The position numbers and the translations under genes are program-made. A stretch of 64,000 nucleotides of DNA from Candidatus Zhuqueibacterota bacterium (GTDB taxonomy: Bacteria > Zhuqueibacterota > Zhuqueibacteria > Thermofontimicrobiales > Thermofontimicrobiaceae): the NCBI GenBank assembly GCA_049322915.1, contig JBMOPW010000007.1, positions 372,246-436,245 of the forward strand, given 5' to 3'. The notes below the pieces were generated by a model that was not told the DNA's origin, searched no databases, and was given only the letters and a program-made list of their open reading frames with translations. The first letter of the stretch is position 1. Each line of letters opens with the position of its first letter. Of the stretch, positions 1-9,323 are shown piece by piece.

Positions 1-145
1 GTTGGAAAGTCAGTTGCAGTTTGATGTGCTGCGTGTCGTAATTTCTTTCGAATGAAAAAACAGGATGGACATGGGACAGAACGAAAATGAGGAACAGCAA
101 AAATTGGAATTGTCGGTGAATTATAATTTTCATTCAAAACCTTAA

Positions 146-161
146 TGCAGATTAGCTGCCA
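146..161 (-). promoter_or_regulatory. Putative sigma54 (-24/-12) promoter pointing out of the window's left edge
   Basis: Minus strand TGGCAGCTAATCTGCA has exact GG-N10-GC spacing; intergenic. Confidence 0.45.
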
Positions 162-337
162 ATGCGCCCCCTGCGCCATGGTCGCCGGCAATTCGAGCCA
201 CAGCAGCGACAGATTAACTGATTGAGTGTGCAGCAAAAAGCGAGTCGCTCTTTGATTTAACTGGAATGGATGCTCACTTTAACGAGCTATGTATGTAATC
301 GGTTCCTCCTGTATGTGCCAAGAAGGAGAAGGGACAA

Positions 338-370
338 ATAAAAAACCAGCATCGCGGTCAGATGCTGGTT
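338..370 (-). terminator. Rho-independent terminator of the GGDEF gene
   Basis: Perfect 10-bp stem AACCAGCATC(344-353)/GATGCTGGTT(361-370), followed on the minus strand by a T-run; ~25 nt after the stop codon. Confidence 0.8.
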
Positions 371-394
371 CAGAGTTAAATATCGGTTGACGAA

Positions 395-1555
395 TTATTT
401 TCCGGCAGCCACGGTGCGGGATGTGAGTGGCAAGATGTTGTTGCCATTCAAATTGGGTGAATAGGTAGCGACGCAGTTTCGGCCGTTGGCTTTAGCGCGG
501 TAGAGCGCGCGGTCAGCGCATTCGAGCAATTCCTGGGAATTGGAAGAATCGTTCGGCAAGGTCGCCAGCCCCAACGAGATGGTCACCTTCCCTTTGGGCT
601 GATATTCTTCGCGGGGGAATTTGCCCTTTTCAATGGCCAGCCGCAGTTTTTCAGCCACCTGATCCGCCTGACTTTTATCGATTTCCGGGAGAAGAATGAC
701 AAACTCTTCTCCGCCATAGCGAGCGACGATATCCGCTTTGCGCAGATTGGATTCGAGGGAATTAGCCACTTTTTTCAGCACCTCATCGCCCAGGATGTGA
801 CCGTTAATGTCGTTATAATTTTTAAAATAATCAATATCGACCATGATGACCGAGAGCGGTCGTTTGTAACGCTTGGCGCGCAGCACTTCCCGTTCGTACC
901 GCTGATTGAAATACCGTCGGTTATAAAGCCCGGTCAATTCATCCGTGATGGATAATTCGCGCGTATGTCGAAACAAAAATGTCTTATCCAGCACTTTCGC
1001 GATTTCCTTGCTGACCTTCTTGAAGAGAGTGATCTCGTTCTTGGTGAAAGAATCGACGATGCGGCGATGAAGACTTAAAACACCCAGGGGATGTTTTTTC
1101 TTCAGCAGAATGGGTATCACCAGGAATGAACCGGTTTTGGGTTCTCCGTCGAAATAAAGATAATTGTTATCTCTGCTAATATCAGGAACAAGGATCACCT
1201 CCTCGCGCTCGGCGGACTGCCCAAAGATGTTTTCCCCCATTTTGAAAGTTGAATTTTCTTCAAATCCTTCCGGCAGACCAAACGCATGGCGCAAGCTCAT
1301 GGAGCAGAGGCAATCGTCCAGCAGGAAAATACCAAAGTGATCTACATTGAATGTCTTTTGAAATAGCTTTCGAAACGATTTCAGTATTTCATCCAGATCC
1401 ACACTGTTGGCCAGCGTTAAGCTAATCTGGTACAGAGAGTAGAGTTCCAGCAAGCGATCATTCAGACTGTGATTGAGTGCTTCAATTTCAGCGTACTTTT
1501 TTTGTAACCCGGCAAGCTGACTTTTTAAAGCATCATAATTTTCTGCCATGACCAA
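395..1555 (-). CDS. GAF-domain diguanylate cyclase
   Basis: N-terminal coiled coil, GAF region, TDELTGLYNRR, DIDYFK, RYGGEEF active site with RKAD I-site; probable start ATG ~1549. Confidence 0.93.
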   Translation of the reverse strand: MVMAENYDALKSQLAGLQKKYAEIEALNHSLNDRLLELYSLYQISLTLANSVDLDEILKSFRKLFQKTFNVDHFGIFLLDDCLCSMSLRHAFGLPEGFEENSTFKMGENIFGQSAEREEVILVPDISRDNNYLYFDGEPKTGSFLVIPILLKKKHPLGVLSLHRRIVDSFTKNEITLFKKVSKEIAKVLDKTFLFRHTRELSITDELTGLYNRRYFNQRYEREVLRAKRYKRPLSVIMVDIDYFKNYNDINGHILGDEVLKKVANSLESNLRKADIVARYGGEEFVILLPEIDKSQADQVAEKLRLAIEKGKFPREEYQPKGKVTISLGLATLPNDSSNSQELLECADRALYRAKANGRNCVATYSPNLNGNNILPLTSRTVAAGK

Positions 1556-1662
1556 ACCTTCTTCATGTTGTTATAATGGCAAATTACGATTGCAATTTCG
1601 CTTGAATTAAAATTGTACAATAGGATTGGCTGAAAAGATATTTTCGAAAGCGTCCCAGATCT

Positions 1663-2226
1663 TCACTGGAGAACTGAAACGGGAGCTGAGCAGACATTTA
1701 AGTAATGCGCTAATTTTCGATACTTGTTCTCTAAATTTTCATGTTGCTGAGCTCTGAAGTAGAAATTATAGAACAGCTCTCGATCCTGATTGTCTAAACA
1801 GATTTTGAGCGAAGCGCTACTTTTTTGACAAAGAAAGGTACTAAGAAGATGAAACTCTTCATTCAGGTCAATGGCGATGTCGTAGCTCATCGAAAATACT
1901 TTTTGCACCAATTCATTTTTCGGAAGCCCGAACATGTTTACATCTTTCTCCGCAACAATTATTGTGCCATATTTCTTCAGGCCGTCGAGTTGTTCAAGAT
2001 AACTATCTCGGACAACAAACTGAAACGAGGCATTGGGAAAATCGGAGGTCAGGTTGACAATGAAATTCCTGGCAATCCGAAACGCTTCTGTATTGTATGG
2101 CATGCAGACTAATATCGTTCGAGCTTCAGCCAGTGTACCAAATATATCGACGACATCGGCATCTTTCCTGAGTCTCTTAGCAAATTTAAGAAAGGGAATA
2201 GCGATTTTTTCCATAAATTTTGACAT
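1663..2226 (-). CDS. Conserved hypothetical protein (DUF6913-like / GT9 N-terminal-like)
   Basis: 187-aa ORF; 'DVNMFGLPK...YDIAIDL...SSASLKI' resembles the FCB-group DUF6913 family. Confidence 0.6.
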   Translation of the reverse strand: MSKFMEKIAIPFLKFAKRLRKDADVVDIFGTLAEARTILVCMPYNTEAFRIARNFIVNLTSDFPNASFQFVVRDSYLEQLDGLKKYGTIIVAEKDVNMFGLPKNELVQKVFSMSYDIAIDLNEEFHLLSTFLCQKSSASLKICLDNQDRELFYNFYFRAQQHENLENKYRKLAHYLNVCSAPVSVLQ

Positions 2227-2266
2227 AACGCCTTAACTTTATTATAGAAGGTACGTTGAAGGCTAC

Positions 2267-2295
2267 AATATAACATAATTCCATAAATAAGTCAA
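2267..2295 (-). promoter_or_regulatory. sigma70-type promoter
   Basis: TTGACT-N17-TATATT with TG extended -10, ~40 nt upstream of the 2226 start. Confidence 0.7.
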
Positions 2296-2331
2296 TAGGA
2301 AAATTCATATTAAAAAATGTTTATTATCAAC

Positions 2332-4326
2332 TCACCAGTTCGATTCCAATTGAAAAGTCAAAGTATTTACTGTGTTTGCCATAATTTCATCCAGGCCGGT
2401 GCCGACAGATTCAGTATGCAGATAGTCGGTTGAACTATATTTAAAGCCGAGTTTCAGGTGCGAACCGACCTGGTACTGCACAATTCCATACCAGCGACTG
2501 CCTCGTCCATACAGCATGAAATTCGTCAACATGCCTGGAACATCGCGCTCAAACTGGTACAGCCGACTATCGTAATTATCAGTGTCAAAATAGGTGAGTC
2601 GCATGGATGCGGTCAGGCGCTGCTTGTGGGTGTATGAAAATTCCTGATACAGCAACAGGCCTTCGCTGTCCGGACGTATCGTCAGCACGGTGCGGTTGTA
2701 ACTGCGGTAATTGACTCGGACATGTTCGATCCTGTGGCGCAGCTTCAGGGACGACCAGGGGCTGTAATCTATCTGAAAGCGCAGGTTGAGCTGATTGCGT
2801 GGAAGCACCACCTCACTTTTTGGGCCCGACGAACCGAAGGAGTCCACGACCTCTGCCCCTTGTTTCGCACGTGTTTGAAAAAATAACCAAAGGCCTTTCA
2901 ATGGCTTATAGCCAATGTTCAGGAATAGTCCATTGCCACTTGCCGGCATAGGCGTGTAATAAGTTCGCCAGGGCATTTTGTACTGATCGTATGAGAAGGA
3001 AAATTTGAATAATGATGACGCGTCGTTTGAGACGCCAAAGAATACGCCGCACTCATTTTGAGGATGGTCGCTCTGAACACTGAAACTGTGGCCATGCAGG
3101 CTGTTGAAATCTCGGGAGTAATGTCTGACAACAGTGACAAAATTCATTGCGCTTGTGTGAAGGACCATCCCGGCAAGGGCGCCGTAGCCACGATTCCGGG
3201 AGAAACCGCTTTCGCCGAACAGGTTCATGGAGCCAAACGTCAGATTGAAATCGCTGCCGGCAACGAAATTTTCCTGGCCGGAGAATGCAAAGCGCGACCG
3301 GTACACATCTCCGGAAGCGATTGCCCGATCGAAGCGAGAAATATAACCTGTGAGTCCGAGGTTAAAAGTCGGTGAGGGTGAAATCTTTATCCGTCCGCCG
3401 GCCAGCCGTTCACTCACTTTATCTTGCCTGGCGACCTCTGTGTCAGTGCGGTGATAGCCTGATTCGTAAAAATTTTTTACGGTTCCACCCGGATTGAGCG
3501 TGGCATCTAATTGTTGATCTGAATAAAATATGAAGAACTGGTAAATTTCAAAACATTTTTTCCCGGCGATCCCGCGAAGTGATGCATTTTCGTCCACCAG
3601 CGTGTACTCCTTCAACTCTTGTCCTTTCTTTTTCGTTGAAAAATACGGGGAGTTGGTTTGCCGCTGACCATAGGGATTCCAGAACAGGAGACCATTTGCA
3701 AATTCAAGGCGAAAATTGCCGAGGATGAACATATCCCCGGAATTGCGCGGTTGGTACTTCAGAAAAAACGATGTGAAATCGTCGAAATGCTTTTCTCCCA
3801 CGTCCCGTTCCAGTAGGCCTCCGGCAATGATTTCGCTGCGAAAATCAACGATCAGGCGATTGTAATATTTGAAGGGAGAAGGATAATAGCGACCATCTTC
3901 CAGTCCAACGCTTTCCTGTAATTTGCGATAGGTTCTAGATTTCATCGAGATGCCAAAATCAGTGACAGACAATCTCTCTTTGAACATAACATACCGTTGA
4001 ATCGCCTTGACAGTGGCAGGCGAAATCGTCTTCACGCGAGTCAATTCGTCGATGGAATTGAATTTTCCGTTTTTTTGCCGGAAGCGAATGATCGCTGCGG
4101 CCTGAACCTCGGATATCCACGGAAGAATGGCAATTTGATCGAGCGTTGCGGAGTTAATGTCGATGGGCTTTTGCTCAAGCTCGGAGAGGATTTCCATCAG
4201 TTCGGAATTGTCCGAATAATCTTCCTGGCTCTCGAGTAGTTCCTCGACTTCAGCTTCCTGGGCTATGACAAAGCCGAAAGGGATCATCAGCATCAATATT
4301 ATTTTTAACAGTCGGTCAGTCTTCAT
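2332..4326 (-). CDS. ComEA-like helix-hairpin-helix protein with C-terminal outer-membrane beta-barrel
   Basis: Signal peptide; 'PIDINSATLDQIAILPWI..AAAIIRFRQKNGKFNSIDEL' HhH_3 motif; 'SGYHRT' and 'RLYQFERDV' motifs of the FCB family; terminal W. Confidence 0.8.
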   Translation of the reverse strand: MKTDRLLKIILMLMIPFGFVIAQEAEVEELLESQEDYSDNSELMEILSELEQKPIDINSATLDQIAILPWISEVQAAAIIRFRQKNGKFNSIDELTRVKTISPATVKAIQRYVMFKERLSVTDFGISMKSRTYRKLQESVGLEDGRYYPSPFKYYNRLIVDFRSEIIAGGLLERDVGEKHFDDFTSFFLKYQPRNSGDMFILGNFRLEFANGLLFWNPYGQRQTNSPYFSTKKKGQELKEYTLVDENASLRGIAGKKCFEIYQFFIFYSDQQLDATLNPGGTVKNFYESGYHRTDTEVARQDKVSERLAGGRIKISPSPTFNLGLTGYISRFDRAIASGDVYRSRFAFSGQENFVAGSDFNLTFGSMNLFGESGFSRNRGYGALAGMVLHTSAMNFVTVVRHYSRDFNSLHGHSFSVQSDHPQNECGVFFGVSNDASSLFKFSFSYDQYKMPWRTYYTPMPASGNGLFLNIGYKPLKGLWLFFQTRAKQGAEVVDSFGSSGPKSEVVLPRNQLNLRFQIDYSPWSSLKLRHRIEHVRVNYRSYNRTVLTIRPDSEGLLLYQEFSYTHKQRLTASMRLTYFDTDNYDSRLYQFERDVPGMLTNFMLYGRGSRWYGIVQYQVGSHLKLGFKYSSTDYLHTESVGTGLDEIMANTVNTLTFQLESNW

Positions 4327-4472
4327 TCCGTGCGCCGAGTGGATTGAATTGAAGCATCATTCGTCTCCGGGTAACAGCGATGAGTAGTTGCAAGAAAAGC
4401 TTTGGTGGACATTGTTCAGAAATTGGTCTGATATTTTTACAATGGCCAGTTGCTCTGAAACGATAGCACGAG

Positions 4473-5303
4473 CTATGGCCTCAGTTGAAATTGAATTCCG
4501 AACTGGTGAGTGATCCCCAGATCAGGATGGCTTGTCATGGCATAATCGACCGCGAAATAGGAAAACAACAATCCCAGACCGGCGCTGAAATTATCCGGCT
4601 GTGTGGTCATGCCGGTTCGTAAGGCGAGACGATTGAGAATGCGGTATTCGATGCCAACTCGGAGTTCAGCCGGGAAATCGATGTCCTTGAAAATATCCAT
4701 ATTCAGGATCAGGCCGGTCGCCGGCGAAAGGCTCATCCCTGAGGAGAACGTCTGTGGCAGTTGTTCGTGCGCGGCTCCAATTTGCGCCCGATTCAGATTT
4801 GTGGCAGCGAATCCCCAACGGATGCGTTCGGTGATTTTCGCCAACACGCCCACGTCGAATGCGCAGGAAAAATTTGAACCATAGCCATTTATCTGTAGTT
4901 TCATATACTGAAAATTAATTCCCAGATACAGCTTCTGCCGAAAAGAACGCGACAACGCGATGACGGCTATTTGTTCCTGATACAGTTCATTGCCGAAGCT
5001 GATGAAGCCAATGCCGACCTGAGCGAATTTGGCCGGCACAACCGCGGCCAGGGAGCCAAAGGCAAGTTCCTTCATCCCGAATGGTCGGGAATATAACAGG
5101 TTCAGCGCGGGCTGATTTATTTGCGCCAGTCCGCTGCAATTGATGAAAACTGCGTCCGGAGAGTCAGCGCGCCCTACATAGGCTAATCCCATTCCTCGGG
5201 CGCGCGTACCGTAGCCGTTGATTTCAAAGCTTGCGAAGGAAATTTCGAAGCAGCAAAAGATCAGAATGCCGATGAGGAGCGAATTTGATTTTAGCATAAT
5301 CAA
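4473..5303 (-). CDS. PorV/PorQ-like (FadL-like) outer-membrane beta-barrel protein
   Basis: Signal peptide; 'GTRARGMGLAYVG..D..AVFIN..GLA' N-terminal motif; amphipathic strands; C-terminal 'LGITHQFGIQF'. Confidence 0.65.
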   Translation of the reverse strand: MIMLKSNSLLIGILIFCCFEISFASFEINGYGTRARGMGLAYVGRADSPDAVFINCSGLAQINQPALNLLYSRPFGMKELAFGSLAAVVPAKFAQVGIGFISFGNELYQEQIAVIALSRSFRQKLYLGINFQYMKLQINGYGSNFSCAFDVGVLAKITERIRWGFAATNLNRAQIGAAHEQLPQTFSSGMSLSPATGLILNMDIFKDIDFPAELRVGIEYRILNRLALRTGMTTQPDNFSAGLGLLFSYFAVDYAMTSHPDLGITHQFGIQFQLRP

Positions 5304-5316
5304 TTCAATAAATTGC

Positions 5317-5345
5317 TTGACTCTAATTGTCTATTTCGTTACTTT
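5317..5345 (+). promoter_or_regulatory. sigma70-type promoter
   Basis: TTGACT-N17-TACTTT; the -10 region also reads TACTTTTG (TAnnTTTG). Confidence 0.6.
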
Positions 5346-5385
5346 TGAAAAAACAGGAGCCGAATCCGTGCTGAGGAGAAGGATC

Positions 5386-6252
5386 ATGAAACTATTGAAA
5401 AAGATAATACCTATTATTACACTCTACTTCTTCCTGTCGTTGACCATGTGGGCATTCGAAGGAAACGCGCAGGATGTTAAGGTCAGTTTGGAGCTGGAAC
5501 TGAATGCGCTTCCCGAGGAGAAACGCGAGAAGCTGGTCGACTTCAAACAGGTTCTGGAAGAGTATTGCAACAATTTTACCTGGACCAAAGGCGAATTCAT
5601 CGGTGAAATACCGATCAATTTGAATATTTTGATGCAGGATATCAGTGCCAGCTACGAAGACCGCTACAAATTACAGATCATTATTTCCAATAACAGCGAT
5701 GTTCAATATACCGATAAACGCTGCCGGATGGAGTATCAAAAGGGTGAGGTTCCCGTACACAGCGAGAACAATTGGGATTCGCTCACAAGCTTGATGGATT
5801 TTTTCATCAATATTGTCATTGGCGAAGAGATGGATAAGTTCGATCAATATCTCGGTACGTCCTATTTTGAAAGAGCGAAATTGATTGCAGAACAGGCCCG
5901 TTTTGGAATGGCGCAGTTCAACGAAGGCTGGGACCTGCGCGTTGAAATGATCAGCGATATTCTCAGCGATAATACTTTGAAATATCGTGAGATGAAAAAT
6001 TTCTACTTTTATGGACTCTATTTTTCTCATGAAGATCCAGTCAAAGCACGGACATATTGTAAAGAAGCGATTGATATGATTGAAGAAATTATGCCGACCG
6101 ACAATCCCAAATACAATCGCTGTAAAAACTTTCTCAAAGCCCATCACATCGAAATTGTTGAGTTGTTTAAAGATTCGGGTGATTCGACAATTTTTGAAAA
6201 GATGATACGTTTAGATCCTGAGCACGAACAGATTTACAGACAATTTTTATGA
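5386..6252 (+). CDS. DUF4835 family protein (T9SS PorD-like)
   Basis: GAGGAG RBS before ATG 5386; signal peptide; 'NNFTWT', 'DSLTSLMDFF..IVIG..MDKF..YLGT.YF..A..I' and 'GW..R' motifs. Confidence 0.65.
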   Translation: MKLLKKIIPIITLYFFLSLTMWAFEGNAQDVKVSLELELNALPEEKREKLVDFKQVLEEYCNNFTWTKGEFIGEIPINLNILMQDISASYEDRYKLQIIISNNSDVQYTDKRCRMEYQKGEVPVHSENNWDSLTSLMDFFINIVIGEEMDKFDQYLGTSYFERAKLIAEQARFGMAQFNEGWDLRVEMISDILSDNTLKYREMKNFYFYGLYFSHEDPVKARTYCKEAIDMIEEIMPTDNPKYNRCKNFLKAHHIEIVELFKDSGDSTIFEKMIRLDPEHEQIYRQFL

Positions 6253-6255
6253 TCG

Positions 6256-7533
6256 TCAGTTGCCTGTGGTGAATGTCAAACTGAAATTCTTATCCAGTGA
6301 ATTGCCCCAGGCATCGGTGCAGGTGGTGTCGATAGTGACGGTATATGTCGTGAGCGCCGCCATTTTTGCTGTGCCCGTGTATTGAAATCGGCTCAAATCG
6401 TACCATTGAAAATTTCCTCCTTCCACTGCTGGTGTCAGCCGAAACGCGCGTTCTGTTTTTTCCTGGTTCACAAACGTGTTGAACGAGATTGAGATTGAAG
6501 CGGATCTGTTGACATAGGTTGCGCCATTTTCCGGGTAATTTGTTGAAACTGTCAGAGGTTCAGTTCTGAAAGCAAATGTCTTGACTTCGGTGAGCTGAGA
6601 GCCGAAAACATCGTTCGCCTTGCCATCAATCCTGACGGCGTAGAGCGTATTACTCGCCAGCGGAATATAGGGATAAAAGCTGACCTGTTTCAAGTTGTGC
6701 CAGTGCAGGACGCCATCCACCGCCGGGACGATGGAAAAGTTTTCATCGAATGTCGCACGATCCATATTTGAATTAAAAAAGATATATACGTATGTTGCCG
6801 GAGAAATGAAAGTCGCCTGGTCGGTCGGGCTTGTATTGGTTATTTTTATTCCCTCACTCTTGAAAGAAGCGGATAACTCGAAGGACAGGGTGTCCCCGTA
6901 AATAGTGTTGGCGTCCGTAGTCAATGTTATCTGATAGGTTGTATTGGTGGCGAACTGCTCGTCCGGGTAAAAATAGACTTTGCTTTTTTCGGCGCTATCC
7001 TCCCATCTGAAATATCCTGATACTTCAGGATCGAGGATGAAATTGGCTTCGACTGAAGAGTGCATCATGGGAGTGTTGAATTCGATGGAAATGGGGTAGG
7101 AGACAGGGTGAGACGTGGTTCCGTCTGCTGGATTCAGACCGGCGACCTGTTCGGGAAAGGGTTTTAAATAGACATCCTTAATCGCAGTCGTCCGTTGTGA
7201 ATACACAGAGATTTCATTGATGAACTGGCGGCCAAATCCCTCGGCTGAGAATTCCAGATTGTACACGCCGACCGCGACATTGGTCAGAATGAAATAGCCG
7301 GATGAATCAGTTTGAGTTGTTTGAATCAGCTTCCCCTGAAGCAGATTGACCTGGGCGATAATGCCAGACGGCTTTATCAACCCGGCAATTTTCCCAAAAC
7401 TCTCTTCAATCGAGTAAGGCTGTTCTTCTGTGCACGTGAGTGTGAACAGAAGTAACATAGCCAGGCTAAAGTGCCAGCAATTACGACGCAAGCTGCCCTC
7501 CCAGTACCTTTTAGTTCTCAATAGAATTAACAT
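6256..7533 (-). CDS. Lipoprotein with carboxypeptidase-regulatory-like domain and three Big_5 Ig-like domains
   Basis: Lipobox-like 'LTC'; 'TQTDSSGYFILTNVAVGVYNL'; three repeats 'P.DG.T......I.I.FN..M' ; true start is probably downstream of 7533. Confidence 0.75.
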   Translation of the reverse strand: MLILLRTKRYWEGSLRRNCWHFSLAMLLLFTLTCTEEQPYSIEESFGKIAGLIKPSGIIAQVNLLQGKLIQTTQTDSSGYFILTNVAVGVYNLEFSAEGFGRQFINEISVYSQRTTAIKDVYLKPFPEQVAGLNPADGTTSHPVSYPISIEFNTPMMHSSVEANFILDPEVSGYFRWEDSAEKSKVYFYPDEQFATNTTYQITLTTDANTIYGDTLSFELSASFKSEGIKITNTSPTDQATFISPATYVYIFFNSNMDRATFDENFSIVPAVDGVLHWHNLKQVSFYPYIPLASNTLYAVRIDGKANDVFGSQLTEVKTFAFRTEPLTVSTNYPENGATYVNRSASISISFNTFVNQEKTERAFRLTPAVEGGNFQWYDLSRFQYTGTAKMAALTTYTVTIDTTCTDAWGNSLDKNFSLTFTTGN

Positions 7534-7651
7534 GTTAACAATTAAATAAGATTTTTTATCAATGTCAAGCTATTTTTCGTATGTCCGCATCTGGTGGCCA
7601 GTGAAAGGATTCAAATTCACGGGCCGGCGATTAAGGAATTGTAAATTTTGC

Positions 7652-7680
7652 TTGCAATTTTTCTTTAAATATGTTAAACT
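7652..7680 (+). promoter_or_regulatory. sigma70-type promoter for the SBP-kinase operon
   Basis: TTGCAA-N17-TAAACT with TG extended -10. Confidence 0.55.
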
Positions 7681-8084
7681 AAAGACTCAATGTTACGAGT
7701 GCAAGAATACCATCAGACGGAAGGAATCGCTATTTCTTTTTGTTGAAAATTGAGCGCACTTTTCCAATTCGATGAGAGATGGAAAGCGGTGGTGCTGAGT
7801 TTAACCGCATCGGATGAACGGGATGAAGGCATAGAGCCAACTCAAAGCGGAGTTGCTCTATAATGTGAGGACGGCTGTCGCGTGGAGTCATTATAGAATA
7901 TCAAAGCATTCTGGCGATCTGCCGTCGAAACAGTACCAATCGCTGATGTCGGTTTTAAGAGCGTTTCTCATCAAGGAATGACTGACTGGATTTTCGATGT
8001 AAAAAGACAAGGTCGGGTGTTGCATTTTCGGGCGCCTGGAATTTGGAAAATTAGAAAATTTATTCAAATGGAGATTTAGAAATT

Positions 8085-9314
8085 TTGGGTAAACAATTCT
8101 TCATAATTTTCGCTCCTCTGTGCAGAAAATCCATGTGGATGCTGATGTTCGTGCTGGTTCATTCCCCTCACCTTGCTTCCCAATCTTTTTCACCAGAAAA
8201 CATATCGAATGTAATTGTCGGTGAAGTCATCGGTAAAGTTGACCCGGTGGACATTGATTCTTTAATTCGAACCGGCTACTATCCATTAATTTCTTCGGAA
8301 TGGCCAATTCCCTACAGGCGTGTGCCCGAGAAATCGAGCATGACGCGCATAGCTTATCAGTTTGAGTATCCCGGCACAAATTTTCAGAATCATCCCAAAG
8401 AAGTAGTGTTCCGTTTTTTTGATTCGGAGCAAAGCCTAATCGCTGCCATCATTACCGACCAGGTTGATTTTGCCTTGACGGAAAGTCGCTTCGCTGCCAT
8501 GGAAGTCGAAAAATCGACCCTCGCCTATCGGATCCATTTTCGTTACAAGCTTCCCAATTACGTGAAGCTGTTGGCCTACAACAATGAGAATCCATTATTA
8601 AAGGATTCAGTTATCCGCAAGGCATTGACGTATGCGATTGATCGAAATTACATTATTGAGCGATTGCTCAATCAAAGCGCCTACAGCGCCGATGGACCAT
8701 TGTCCAAGGAAGCGCAGCTCCATTCGACAAATCTGGATGAGTATGATTATAATCCGCGCAAGGCGCAACAATTGCTGGCCGCTGAGAATTGGGAAGATGT
8801 CAACAACGATGGCATTCTCGAGAAAAATGGGAAGCCGTTCCGGCTTGTGCTCACCTACGAAAAAGGCGCATTGCTGGATGAACAGATCGTTCGGTTGATT
8901 AAAATTGAATGGAGCAAGTTGGGCATCGATGTGACGAGAAATCCGTTGATCAAATCGGAAATAAAACAGGTGATGAAACAGCGCGATTATGATGTCCTGC
9001 TCATGAACTATCAGTTCCATGAAACAATCGAGAGTTTTGAAGATTTTTTTCAAAGCAGCGGACCGAACAATATTTTGAATTATGCGAGCGATCGGGTAGA
9101 CCGCTATTTTCAACGGTATCGGCTTGTTCCGAAGCAATCCCAAAAAGAGATATTTAAAGAAGGCATTCAAATAGAAATTAATAAAGATCACCCGGCCGCG
9201 TTTTTATTCTTTCTATGGCTGGACCATTATTTTGTAAATCGCTCCAAGTTCAGGAATTTCCAGGATTCAAAGGGCAAGTTGCTGCCGTTCACCGATTGGA
9301 TTCTCATAAAGTAA
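8085..9314 (+). CDS. ABC-type substrate-binding protein, family 5 (peptide/nickel-like), shortened
   Basis: 'NPLLKDSVIRKALTYAIDR', 'YDYNPRKAQQLLAAENWEDVNNDGILEKNGKPF', 'WSKLGIDV'; start codon uncertain. Confidence 0.8.
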   Translation: MGKQFFIIFAPLCRKSMWMLMFVLVHSPHLASQSFSPENISNVIVGEVIGKVDPVDIDSLIRTGYYPLISSEWPIPYRRVPEKSSMTRIAYQFEYPGTNFQNHPKEVVFRFFDSEQSLIAAIITDQVDFALTESRFAAMEVEKSTLAYRIHFRYKLPNYVKLLAYNNENPLLKDSVIRKALTYAIDRNYIIERLLNQSAYSADGPLSKEAQLHSTNLDEYDYNPRKAQQLLAAENWEDVNNDGILEKNGKPFRLVLTYEKGALLDEQIVRLIKIEWSKLGIDVTRNPLIKSEIKQVMKQRDYDVLLMNYQFHETIESFEDFFQSSGPNNILNYASDRVDRYFQRYRLVPKQSQKEIFKEGIQIEINKDHPAAFLFFLWLDHYFVNRSKFRNFQDSKGKLLPFTDWILIK

Positions 9315-9323
9315 ACATGCTGA

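Noticed and set aside
280..312. ACAGGAGG on the minus strand followed by ATT (infC-like start)
   Set aside because: The frame closes after six codons; no supportable gene
5218..5385. N-terminal extension of the DUF4835 ORF in the ORF track
   Set aside because: It overlaps the divergent gene; promoter and RBS support ATG 5386
7525..7542. TTAACATGTTAA palindrome resembling the Pho-box core
   Set aside because: Repeat period is 8 rather than 11 bp, and it is not next to phosphate genes
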